From NCBI GenBank assembly GCA_950097015.1, contig CATNEN010000034.1, positions 6,076,001-6,140,000 on the forward strand: 64,000 bases of DNA, given 5' to 3'. The stretch's first letter is position 1; the number at the start of each line of letters is the position of its first letter. The notes beneath the pieces were generated by a model, which saw only the letters and a list, made by a program, of their open reading frames with translations, ran no database searches and had not been told where the DNA came from. The position numbers and the translations under genes are program-made. Below are positions 24,701 to 36,152 of the stretch, in pieces. The stretch comes from Macrostomum hystrix. Taxonomy: Eukaryota; Animalia; Platyhelminthes.

Positions 24701-27700
24701 CTGGAGGACATCGATATGGAGGACGAAGAGCGCAAGCAGATTGTCGCCATGTGCAAGCACTTCCACGAGAGCGTCCGTCTGCTGTCGCAGCAGTTCCGCG
24801 AGGAGCTGCGCCGCTACAACTACGTGACTCCGACTTCCTACCTGGAGCTCATCCAGACCTTCAGGAAGCTGATTAGCATGAAGCGTAACGAGTTGACAAC
24901 GATGCGAAACCGCTACCTAACTGGCCTGGAGAAGCTGGAGTTTGCGGCCAGCGAAGTTGGAAGTAAGTTTCCTGGAATGAAGAAATTGGCTGCGGCCTTT
25001 TATTCAGCTTAGGATTGAGTCTTATCTATTCTCACAAAACTCATTCAATTGATTTTCAGAGATGCAAAAGGAGCTGCAAGATCTACAGCCGAAGTTGAAG
25101 GTGACATCGGAGGAGACGGAGAAGCTGCTAGTCAAGATCGAGCAGGATGCCGTGGAAGTGGAGGCCAAGAAGGAGGTTGTGTCGGCTGACGAGGCCATCA
25201 CCAATGAAGCTGCCGCTGCAGCCCAGGCCATAAAGGATGAGTGCGAGGAGGACCTGTCGGAGGCAATGCCAGCCCTAGAGGAGGCCATCCGCGCCTTGAA
25301 CACTCTGAAGCCTAGCGACATCAACGAGGTGAAGTCGCTGAAGTCGCCGCCGGCGATCATCAAGCTGGTGATGGAGGCGGTGTGCGTGATGCTGGCGGAG
25401 AAGCCGGTGCGCAAACCGGAGCCGGGCACTGGTCGCATGATCGAGGACTACTGGGACACCTCTGTGCGTATCTTGAACGACATGCGCTTCCTGGACAAGC
25501 TTCGGGCCTACGACAAGGATCATATTTCGCCGGCTATTATGAAGAAAATCCGAGACGTGTACATGCCCAAGCCGGACTTTGAGCCCAAGGTGGTGAAGAA
25601 CGCCTCCACTGCGTGCGAAGGTCTCTGCAAGTGGGTACGTGCCATGGACAAGTACGACGCTGTAGCCAAGGTAGTTGCGCCGAAGAAGGAGAAGCTCAAG
25701 ATTGCTGAGGCCGACCTGCATGAGCAAATGACGAAGCTGAATGCCAAGCGGGCGGAACTGAAGGAGGTGCAGGACAAGCTTCAGGCTCTCTACGACGAAC
25801 TGGAGGAGAACCAGAACAAAAAGAAGGAGCTGGAGGATCAGATTGACCTGTGCGAGAAGAAGCTGGTTCGAGCTGAGAAGCTGATCGGCGGTCTTGGCGG
25901 CGAGAAGGACAGGTGGACCGCTGCAGCTGAGGTGCTCGGTGAGAGGTATCACAACATTATTGGCGACGTGCTGCTCAGCTCCGCGGTTGTTGCTTACCTT
26001 GGAGCATTCACCGTCGACTACAGAAGCGTGAGCCGTCTACGCATTTTTTTTTAAGAATAAATCTAAAACTTTTTTTCGAAGTTTAAATATTAAGAACGAG
26101 AACTAAAACCCACCCATATAACTGTTTTAGTCTGTGATCAATGAGTGGCACAAACTGTGCAAGGAGAAGGAAATTCCCTGTTCTACAAACTTCCGCATGG
26201 TCGACGTCCTCGGTGAACCCGTGCTAATCCGCGAGTGGAACATCGCTGGCCTGCCAGTGGACTCCTTCTCCATTGACAACGGCATAATGGTGAAGAACTC
26301 CAATCGCTGGCCGCTGATGATTGACCCTCAGGGCCAGGCGAACAAGTGGGTGAAGAACATGGAGAAGAAGAAGAAGCTGGCTGTCATCAAGCCGACTGAC
26401 TCGAGCTACGTGCGCGTGCTGGAGAACAGCATCCAGTTTGGCATTCCGGTGCTGCTGGAAAATGTTGGCGAAGAGCTGGATCCCATACTAGAGAATGTGC
26501 TCAACAAGCAAACTTACAAGCAGGCCGGTGTTGAGTACATTAGACTCGGTGACAGTGTCATTGAATACAGCAAAGATTTCAGGTTTTACATCACCACTAG
26601 CCTGAGAAATCCGCACTATCTGCCCGAAGTGTCGGTGAAAGTTATCCTGCTGAACTTCATGATCACTCCGCTGGGCCTGCAAGACCAGCTGCTGGGCATT
26701 GTGGCCGCCAAGGAGAAGCCAGAGCTCGAGGAGAAAAAGAATCAGCTCATTCTGGAGAGCGCCGAGAACAAGAAGCAGCTCAAAGAGATTGAGGACAAAA
26801 TCTTGGAGGTGTTGAGCTCCGCCCAGGGCAACATCCTGGAGAACGAAAGCGCCATCACTATACTCAGCTCATCCAAGAAGCTCAGCGAGGAGATCAGCGA
26901 GAAGCAAGCCGTGGCCGAGACCACCCAGGTTGAGATTGATCGGACGAGAAACGGGTACAAGCCGGTGGCTCTGCACGGCTCGATCCTGTTCTTCTGCATC
27001 TCGGACATGGCTAACATTGATCCCATGTACCAGTACAGCCTGACCTGGTTCATCAACCTATTCCTAATGGTGAGCGATGCGTCTTCGGCTTTCGGCATTT
27101 GAGGAGTAGGAAGTAGAAAGATTGGAAAGATAAAACGTTACTTCTCTCTCATTTCAGTCCATTGTCAACAGCGAGAAATCAAACGATCTCGAGGAGAGAA
27201 TCAGCAATTTGAACGATCACTTCACCAACAGCATCTACCGAAATATCTGCCGATCCCTATTTGAGAAGGACAAGCTGTTGTTCTCTCTCATCATGTGCAT
27301 CGCCATTATGAAGGGGCAGTAAGTGTTCCGAGATTCCAAAGTCAAGTGTTAAATAATTTGTCTTTGAGTTTAATCTGCACAAATGCGCATTTGACTCCTA
27401 CTTTCAGAAACAAGATCGACGACAAAGTCTGGCGCTTCCTGCTGACTGGCGGTGTTGCTCTTGACAACCCGAATCCGAACCCGGCGCCAGAATGGCTGCA
27501 GGACAAGAACTGGTCGGAGATTGTGCGCGCCTCGTCCCTGCCGAACCTGCGTGGTTTTATGGAGCGTGAGTGCATGAGGGCAGTAGGTATTGGCACATCA
27601 TTTGGCGACAGTCACAGCCAGCGAGAGGCAATTCTGCCCATTCGGCTTAGCACAAACGCTCACATTTCTGCAATAAGTTTTGATTGTTAGGCACTTTAAG

Positions 27701-30339
27701 CTCTCACTATGCTTAGGGGTTGGTCCCCATCGGCGTAAGTTGCACGAAAAGTTACGAATTGTTATCTACGCTGCACCTCAGATTACTGTGGCCCCTCCGC
27801 AGACTCGAGCTCGTGCGAGAGTCAAACACTTTGAATGGCCATTGTGCTGTTCGGCTTATACGCGTAGAACTTGTTCCGACAAAAATGTTCCATTTTTTCC
27901 TTTTAGACGTTCGTGACAACACCGCAAAGTGGAAGGAGATGTACGATTCAACAGCGCCGCACGAGTTTCACTATCCAGATCGGTTCCGCGCCCTGAAAGG
28001 CCTCGACAGCCTGGTAGTGCTGCGCTGCTTCCGTCCCGACAAAATGGTCCCAGCAGTACAGAGCTTCATCGTTGACAACCTGGGCCAGACGTACATTGAG
28101 CCGCCGACCTTCGACCTGGCAGGATCATTCGCAGACTCAAACTGCTGCTCGCCGCTAATCTTCGTATTGTCGCCGGGCGCTGATCCGATGGCGTCGCTAA
28201 CCAAACTCGGCGAGGACAAGGGCTTCACTCCGGAGGCCATTGGTAGAATCTCACTAGGCCAGGGTCAGGGACCGATTGCAGAACAGATGATCAAGCAGGC
28301 AATCAAGGATGGCACTTGGGTGGTGCTGCAGAACTGCCACCTGGCCACGTCCTGGATGACCGCTCTGGAGAAGATCTGCAACGAGGTGATCGTTCCGGAG
28401 AACACTCACGAGAATTTCCGTCTCTGGCTCACCAGCTACCCGTCAGAGAGTTTCCCGGTATCCATTCTGCAAAATGGTGTCAAGATGACTAACGAGCCGC
28501 CAAAGGGTCTACGTGCCAATCTGCTGCGATCCTTCCTCAATGATCCCATCTCGGATCCGAAGTTCTTCTCCGGCTGCAAAGACAACGGACGCTGGCACAA
28601 GATGCTGTTCGGGTTGTGCTTCTTCCACGCTCTAGTGCAGGAGAGGCGCAAATTCGGCCCTCTAGGCTGGAACATTCCGTACGAATTCAACGAGAGCGAC
28701 CTGCGCATCAGCATGCGCCAGATGCAGATGTTCCTTAACGAGTACGAGGAGCTGCCGTTGGAGGCGCTCACCTACCTGACCGGTGAATGCAACTATGGCG
28801 GCCGAGTCACCGACGATAAGGATAGGCGGCTGCTGAACTCGCTGTTGAAAATATTCTACGTCACTGACGTTGTCGAGACTGAAAACTACAGGTATATTGA
28901 ATAGATTTGAAGCCGACTATATCTATGTATTAACTTTTAAGTTGTCAAATCAAGTTGTCAAGTTTCTTCCCCTATTTTGAGAATTCAAACGCAAAGGCTT
29001 TAATTTTTTCATTTTTTCTATACCTATTAGCCGCTAAATTATTCCAGGTTCTCATCTAGCGGACTCTACTACGCGCCCAAGGAGGGTCCTTACCAGAGCT
29101 ACGTAGATTACGTTCGCTCCCTGCCGCTCAACCCGCTGCCCGAAGTCTACGGTCTCCACGACAATGCCGACATCACCAAGGACAACCAGGAGACAAATCA
29201 GCTGTTCGAAGGCATTCTGCTGACTTTGCCCCGCGAGTCCGATGGAGAGGGCAAATCGCCGGAAGCCACAATTCAGGATCTGGCGGCCGATATTCTTACA
29301 AAGCTGCCGAAGAACTTCGACCTTGAGATGGTGAGCACAAGTAAAATTAGAAGGCTTTCGTCCCTTTTTAAATCTAGGCACTTGATTCGAAATTGAGATT
29401 CGGCTTATAAATATTATTATTTCATGAAAATTTAGGTTATAAGAAAGTATCCAGTTGAGTACACGGAGTCGATGAACACAGTACTGCGCCAGGAGCTGAT
29501 CCGATTCAATCGTCTGATATCCGTGGTGCGAGAGACTTTGCTGAACTTGCAGAAGGCAATCAAGGGCCTGGTGGTGATGTCAGCTGAGCTAGAGAACGTG
29601 TTTACCTCGATGCTCATCGGCAAGGTGCCCGCAGCCTGGGCAGCCAAGTCCTACCCGTCCTTGAAGCCGCTCGGCAGCTACGTGAACGATCTCATTGCGC
29701 GTCTGAAGTTCTTCCAAGCCTGGATCGATTCGGGTGCTCCGCCGACCTTCTGGATTTCCGGATTCTACTTCACGCAATCCTTCCTCACGGGAGTACTGCA
29801 GAACTATGCCAGACGCTACACCATCCCGATTGACACAGTCAGCTTCGAATTTGAAGTCACTAAGGAGCCGGATTACATCAGCGAGAAGCCCAGCGATGGC
29901 GCCTACGTTAGCGGCCTGTACTTGGAGGGCGCCCGCTGGGATCACCAGGGAGGCGTCCTGACCGAGTCTCATCCCAAGATTCTGTTCGATGCTCTGCCAG
30001 TGGTGCGTGTTTCCTTTTTACTGATTATAATATTGCGTCTGTCAAATCGGTACAGATTAAATACAATTTGAGGTTTCAGTGTTGGTCAGGAGGGATTTGT
30101 AACCTTTCACAAAACTCTCACCAAAATTTCAGCTGTGGCTCAAGCCCGCCCGAACTGCCGACATTGACAAGACGGGCACCTACGACTGTCCAGTGTACAA
30201 GACCTCGGCCCGGCGCGGAGTCCTGTCCACCACAGGTCACAGCACCAACTTCGTGCTGCTGATCTTTCTTAATACCAAGCAGGATCCGTCGCACTGGATC
30301 AACCGGGGCGTCGCTGCGCTCTGCCAACTGGACGATTGA
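12715..30339 (+). CDS. DNAH3: Axonemal inner-arm dynein heavy chain, DNAH3-like, about 4073 aa if the extra base at 20172 is removed. Exons: 12715-12735, 12856-13518, 13637-14209, 14836-15015, 15257-15499, 17512-17690, 17927-18111, 18199-23451, 23546-23731, 24414-24581, 24659-24962, 25060-26027, 26131-27069, 27158-27318, 27408-27565, 27907-28891, 29048-29330, 29436-30002, 30133-30339
   Basis: P-loops [24 protein letters not shown] and GVGGSGRQ; stalk coiled coil with microtubule-binding domain; short C-terminus ...[11 protein letters not shown]. The N-terminal motifs ([46 protein letters not shown]) match DNAH3 as recalled, rather than DNAH7. All introns are GT-AG with compatible phases, and the exon sum minus 1 nt is 12222, divisible by 3. 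Confidence 0.9.
15123..15226. repeat. 16-bp minisatellite (gagtcgggatctcg[a/g]t), about 6 copies, in DNAH3 intron 4
   Basis: Tandem copies end about 30 bp before the acceptor at 15256. Confidence 0.9.
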
Positions 30340-31516
30340 CACCAATGTACTTTTCCCATGATTTGGTCTAGTTTCTGTGCGTTCTTCGTACTTTATTTCG
30401 TAGACTTCTTTGAGAATATTCAATGTGACAGAATCATTGCTATTTTTACGCTTGCTCACAATTTCCAGAGGTAATGTTTTGTTAACTCAAACAGACTTTC
30501 AAGTGTGATGAAAATGTCACAGATTTATACCTTAATACCTATGATCACTCTAAACTGTTGCTTTGTACTGTTTTTTTTCACAGATTCTGGCTGTTTTTTT
30601 GTCCGGTGGCTGAAAAGTTTTGTTGAAAAAAGCAGCATAAAACCAATGAGTAAAAAAATCAAACTCAAGATAGGAATCGAGAAAGCAATTAGACCACATC
30701 TAGCCATCGACAGAAACACGAATCGGTGATTATTTTTTCTGTATTCCTAAAAATTCGAATTCGTACGTTTAACTTTGCGAACAGAGCGTTCCAACCTTTT
30801 TTTAACAGAACTTGGCTCGAGCCATTCTTCCTGAAGCACAATGAGCTGCAAATAATATTTTTTTGTCCGAGATAAAAATCTGCTTTAGAAACTCATAGCC
30901 TATTAATCCTATTAAGCCTGCTAGCTTAAAGTATTTTTCTGTGTTGTAAAGCCGGCGAATGCTTATTTCAAAATTCAATAGAACTTACGAATATTTTTTA
31001 CAATTAATTAAGAGTACATTCTTCATAGATATGGTGCACCTTTCTTTGCCAACAGTGTAGAACTAACAACTTACTGCGTAGTTACTTTTTTCTGTTCTCT
31101 TTCTTGTTTTTGAAGACTTTTCCTATACAAAGATTTCATGTTTCTTTAACAAATATTGCAAAATTATGGTCGAACAACAATAGGTGTACTTGTGAAATAA
31201 AAGATAAACTGTCTTACTTTTTATAAGACATTGAACATCGAATTATGGTGATTTTTATTCATTATGAAGTCGCCTTTGCGGTTGATTTTTTGTAAATTTT
31301 TGTTGCATGATTGTCTCTCATTGGCAGCTCTGTGCTGTGGCTTTGAAATTTACAAGAGTTGCACCATATTCTTGATAATTGTGCTGATTGCTTGGTTGGA
31401 AGACAATGCTCTGATTAATTGATCAGGCTATGCCAAACGAAAGCTTGAAAAGTATTTCGTCCAAGCTATATTTAACTTATCTATGGGGCAATTTATTTAT
31501 TTAACTTATCTATCTG

Positions 31517-32020
31517 TCGAACGGCGCCAGGTCCCAGCTGTTCCAGGCGGTTGTCGAGACCGCCCTGTTGTACAATGCTGAGACCTGGACGATGACCGGG
31601 GCGCTCGAGGCGCAGCTCGACGCGGCGCATGCGGCCCTAGTTCGCGCCGCTTTCGGTGCCCGCCGCGGCCCTGGCAGCGAGACAACCGAGTCCCTTTACC
31701 AGCGTGCGTGCCTAACGCGGCCTTCTGTCCTGCTGAGTCAGCGGCGCCTGTGGCTGTCCGGGCATGTCATCCGGTCGAAGCCTACTGCCCAGAGCCGCTG
31801 CAGGATGTCCTGCTGTGGACCTCGCAGGGACCGCGCAGGCACGGCCAGGGACGATCAGCCCGTTATGTCGACCGTCTTTTTGAAGACACGCGAGCACCCA
31901 GCCAGGCGGCCGGTGTGAAGCATGTTAGAGACCTGGCTCTGAAACGCGCGATTTGACGCTCCCCCCTCTCGGCCACTTCAGTGGTCGGCGTGGGGCGTAA
32001 CTATTATTATTATTATTATG
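31517..32020 (+). mobile_element. 5'-truncated non-LTR retrotransposon (RTE-like) 3' end, frameshifted
   Basis: Reads SQLFQAVVETALLYNAETWTMTGALEAQLD..., the post-RT LLYxxETW motif. A frameshift near 31775 continues with EAYCPEPLQDVLLW...YVD. The stop is followed by a short 3' UTR and an (ATT)n tail at about 32002-32019. Confidence 0.85.
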
Positions 32021-32530
32021 GGGAAATGTACTCGTACTATTAACTGCAAGGGAGGCCAAAGTGAACCTCGCAATAGTCTCAAACCCTTAGACTAAAGACT
32101 TATAGAACTGAAAGACCAACAAAATTCCCCATTCGAAGAAAACGTGTCAAATTCGCTAGTTACATATAAATATATATATTACGAGTGTAATTGTGAATTG
32201 TACAGTGTGAAGTGTAATTGTACAGCCCTTGTGAATGTGCACCAGTTCCTTTTTAGATAAACTAACACTTCGCCGCCGTAGGTATAATTTCTACACACGC
32301 AAATCAACATGAATTTCCGTACTGTACATTTTTGCATTGGAAAACCACGGTAAAACCATAGACAATTCACGGTTTTTCCGCGGAAAATCCATGGAAGTTC
32401 ATGGCTTTTCCATGGAAAATCCGTTTTTCTATCTATAATTTTTCTATCTATAATACCTAGCTGGCTCTAATTCTGTGAAAACAAGAGGTGCCAAACCAGA
32501 GTTTGTATTTCAAAAGATTAAGAAATAAAT

Positions 32531-33076
32531 ATGTCGCCAATTCTGATTCAGACAAGTCTTCTTCAACCCGTGATGCATGTCGGATTCGGCGACACAAATC
32601 AAAACAACCTCCTTCCCAAATGCTCGGCTTGTGAAAGCGTGGGATTCAACTCCAGACGGACGGAGCATGGCTGTCTTCTATGCCCGCACTGCATCTGCCA
32701 TTTCTTTAGCTATCTGGAGCCCGATCTGCCGTGTCCAGGACGGCTGCCTCATTGCCGCGGCAGTGTCATCACTCGCCGGTACGACTGGCAGCCGGATGAA
32801 CTGGTCCAGAGACAGCTAGCCAATATTGTAGTGTACTGTCCGCGCTTCTTCAATGGCTGCGACTTTTTCGATGCATTCTTCAAACTGGATGAGCATGTGG
32901 CACTGCATTGCCCGTACCGCTGGCTCATTTGCCCAATGTGCGGCACGATGCGGCAATCGAACGGCATGCAGATTCACCAGCTAAGTAACGAGTGCCGGCA
33001 ATTCCTAATTATCAATTGGGGCAGGTATGACAGGTGCGAGGTCAGCCTTCGCGCTTCAAATAACCGGCAAAGTTAA
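32531..33076 (+). CDS. Intronless RING-like + TRAF-type zinc-finger protein, 181 aa, with no MATH domain
   Basis: CSAC...HGCLLCPHC...CP...C (degenerate RING), followed by VYCPRFFNGC...LDEHVALHCPYRWLICPMCG...H...EC, the TRAF N-terminal architecture. Confidence 0.65.
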   Translation: MSPILIQTSLLQPVMHVGFGDTNQNNLLPKCSACESVGFNSRRTEHGCLLCPHCICHFFSYLEPDLPCPGRLPHCRGSVITRRYDWQPDELVQRQLANIVVYCPRFFNGCDFFDAFFKLDEHVALHCPYRWLICPMCGTMRQSNGMQIHQLSNECRQFLIINWGRYDRCEVSLRASNNRQS

Positions 33077-33588
33077 ACCAACATTTGTGAAGTGGAGGTA
33101 GTTTTTGCACTTTTCAATAGCGACTTCATCAACTTGTGCTGAAGAACAACCGTGTGCTGAATGCTTTTTATTCTTTCTGTTTTTTTTCTAGCATTTTCAG
33201 ATACAATAAAAAAATGAATCTTAAAAAGATAATGATCAATAAAAATATAATTTGTTTTACCGCGTACTTTTTCTCTAATTGTTTACTCACGAGTACTTGG
33301 CACATACATGAGTAGTTACATAAAACGCCTTTGTGAAGTTTTTTTGTTCTGATGAAACTTTTCTGAGCATAAATTTAAAATTAAAATAAAAACTAGCTAA
33401 GAAATCACCGCTTGGATTGAATATAATAAACGGAAGTGCAGGAAGTTCCTATAACTAGATTGAATTGTCGTCGATGTCAACTGCTTTTTTGTTTATTTTT
33501 GCTTTTATATTGTCTCTTTAAAGTAAATATCGATCAGAAAATGAAAAACTGTAAAGTACTCTAAATAAATAGACAGATAAAAAAACAG

Positions 33589-33647
33589 AAGGGGTGCGCC
33601 CCCAAGGGGTGCGCCCCCCCTTAGAAAAAATCCTGACTACGCCACTG
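33589..33647 (-). mobile_element. Possible MITE terminus (CAGTGGCGTAG-type end with G-rich gggggcgcacccc repeats)
   Basis: The minus strand reads cagtggcgtagtcaggattttttctaagggggggcgcaccccttgggggcgcacccc. No partner end was found. Confidence 0.35.
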
Positions 33648-34227
33648 AGGACGGCCACGCAAAAAAGAATAGAATGGGCAAAGAAATTCTTCACCGCAAT
33701 CTATGTGCGTCTATAGATGTGCCTTTTAGGAGTCAGCAGTAGCAAGCTCACCTTCACCGCTGCAGACACAGGCGAATGCCACGGCGGCCGTCAGAACTAG
33801 CCTGACAAATTGGAACATATTTCCAATGCCCCGAAAGACTCAGCGGATTAGCAAAGAAATCTTTTAGCTTAAGAAACAAATTTCATAGCTCGTAGATGAT
33901 TTTACACGTGGCTAGTATTTGTAAGTGAACGCAACTGTCATTTTTTCGTGTAAAATTGTTTGAACTAGAGGAAAAATCTTAGAACAATGGACATGTTTCA
34001 GCCTTAACTACGACTGAAGTATAAATCTTAATGATCGTTATGCCCTACCGACTTCAGCCATTCAGAAATGCTCATCAAATTGGCGATTATTTCACTCGAG
34101 GATTCCAGATATCAGGATTCTAAAAGAACCAGAGATACACGGGACGGTTCAATCACCTTAAGACTGCAATTTATGAGAGCGTTTGAACTGAGCGAAGCAA
34201 ACTCACATTGCGTGCGCTCTCTAACAT

Positions 34228-35060
34228 CTGATGATCTGGGGATCTGAGATTTGGGGATCTGAGATCTGGGGATCTGAGATCTGGGGATCTGAGATCTGGG
34301 GATCTGAGATCTGGGGATCTGAGATCTGGGGATCTGAGATCTGGGGATCTGAGATCTGGGGATCTGAGATCTGGGGATCTGAGATCTGGGGATCTGAGAT
34401 CTGGGGATCTGAGATCTGGGGATCTGAGATCTGGGGATCTGAGATCTGGGGATCTGAGATCTGGGGATCTGAGATCTGGGGATCTGAGATCTGGGGATCT
34501 GAGATCTGGGGATCTGAGATCTGGGGATCTGAGATCTGGGGATCTGAGATCTGGGGATCTGAGATCTGGGGATCTGAGATCTGGGGATCTGAGATCTGGG
34601 GATCTGAGATCTGGGGATCTGAGATCTGGGGATCTGAGATCTGGGGATCTGAGATCTGGGGATCTGAGATCTGGGGATCTGAGATCTGGGGATCTGAGAT
34701 CTGGGGATCTGAGATCTGGGGATCTGAGATCTGGGGATCTGAGATCTGGGGATCTGAGATCTGGGGATCTGAGATCTGGGGATCTGAGATCTGGGGATCT
34801 GAGATCTGGGGATCTGAGATCTGGGGATCTGAGATCTGGGGATCTGAGATCTGGGGATCTGAGATCTGGGGATCTGAGATCTGGGGATCTGAGATCTGGG
34901 GATCTGAGATCTGGGGATCTGAGATCTGGGGATCTGAGATCTGGGGATCTGAGATCTGGGGATCTGAGTTCTGGGGATCTGAGATCTGGGGATCTGAGAT
35001 CTGGGATCTGAGATCTGGGGATCTGAGATCTGGGGATCTGAGATCTGAGATCTGGGGAAT
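34228..35060. repeat. Highly homogeneous 15-bp minisatellite (gagatctggggatct), about 55 copies
   Basis: Near-perfect tandem array. It explains the GSEIW/SDPQI/RSPDL repeat ORFs. Confidence 0.97.
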
Positions 35061-35640
35061 TGAGATTATGCATACGCACCTGTACCATGCAATTTCATTG
35101 ATTTGCCTGCATGCTACAGCATAAGTCATAATACCCTGACGTACCTACTTATAATAGGAATTCGCAGTAATCAAAGTAGCATTACGCTCGTAACCTATGC
35201 TGTAGAAGTCAAACGCTTCTGTTTATTTAGTCTATCGCGAAGACTTCTAAATACGAGAGATAAGGACGCGGAAAGCGGGCAATAAATAAGATTGGCGATA
35301 ACTTGTTCTGTTTTAACTGGGATTGTATCGATTTTTCGCACAGAGAGAGGGAGAGAGAGCGAAGGTACAACTGCAACGCACTGGCCTGTATGCTGAACAA
35401 TAAAATCGTCCATATCCTTTACCGAGTACAACAGCTTTGCAACTGCTCAAGATTTTGCATGTGCTTCCACGAGTTAGCCAATGTGGAATCAGAAACCGCT
35501 GTTTCCGAACTTCTAGGCTACATACAAATATACAACTAAATAGAACTAAATACACAGATAAATTTAGTTTCCTCGATGTCTTTAGTAAATTCTGCCTACT
35601 AAAGAAATAAAAATAATAATTGTAATGAAAATTGATTAAA

Positions 35641-35830
35641 CCGGCTGTTCAGTCCATGGACTGGAGGTACGCCACACCCACCCTCAATCACCTCAGCCAA
35701 TGCTGGTACCCATTTAACAGCTGGGTGAACTGAAGCAATGCAGATTTCAGGGTCTTGCTAAAGGACACAAATAGTACCAGTGGAATCGGGAATCGAACCC
35801 CCGACCTTCAAGTCGTCAGTCCGATGATCT
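35641..35830 (-). mobile_element. Second copy of the tRNA-SINE, truncated at both ends
   Basis: Reverse complement of about 10208-10395, with B box (gggaatcgaacccccgaccttcaagtcgt) and ggtacccatttaacagctgggtgaactgaagcaatgcag. Confidence 0.88.
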
Positions 35831-36152
35831 AAAAACCCTTCTAAAACCTCCTTGAGAAATAAAAAACATATACTCGTACTTGCACATTCAGAGCTCTATG
35901 ACGTTAGTTTGAGCAAACAGCACTTGAGTAGCTCCGGTTGAGATCGGGAGGGGGGTTGGTTGTAACTGATTGCTAGGGACCTTGCACGGCACCTCCTGGG
36001 TGAGCAAATCAGAAACTAGAATCGAGTGTAGGGACAGACAGATCCAAACGACTGCATATAGGTTCCTGTATTTCTGGAAGTTTGTCAGCTCTCCATGCTG
36101 TTTTTAATCTTTAGCAAGTCAGTAAGCAATCGTCAAAAGTTGCGCACTAAAC

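Noticed and set aside
18137-29972. Numerous antisense and alternate-frame ORFs of 60-225 aa over the dynein gene
   Set aside because: These are expected shadows of GC-rich codon usage, with no recognisable domains.
32370-32430. Palindromes ttttccgcggaaaa and ttttccatggaaaa
   Set aside because: They are short and isolated, possibly a decayed MITE, and no element boundaries could be defined.
34171-35129. 300-aa repeat ORFs on both strands (also 43822-45560, 38532-38855, 59969-60418, 6424-6841)
   Set aside because: These are stop-free frames produced by tandem repeats with unit lengths that are multiples of 3. There is no coding evidence.
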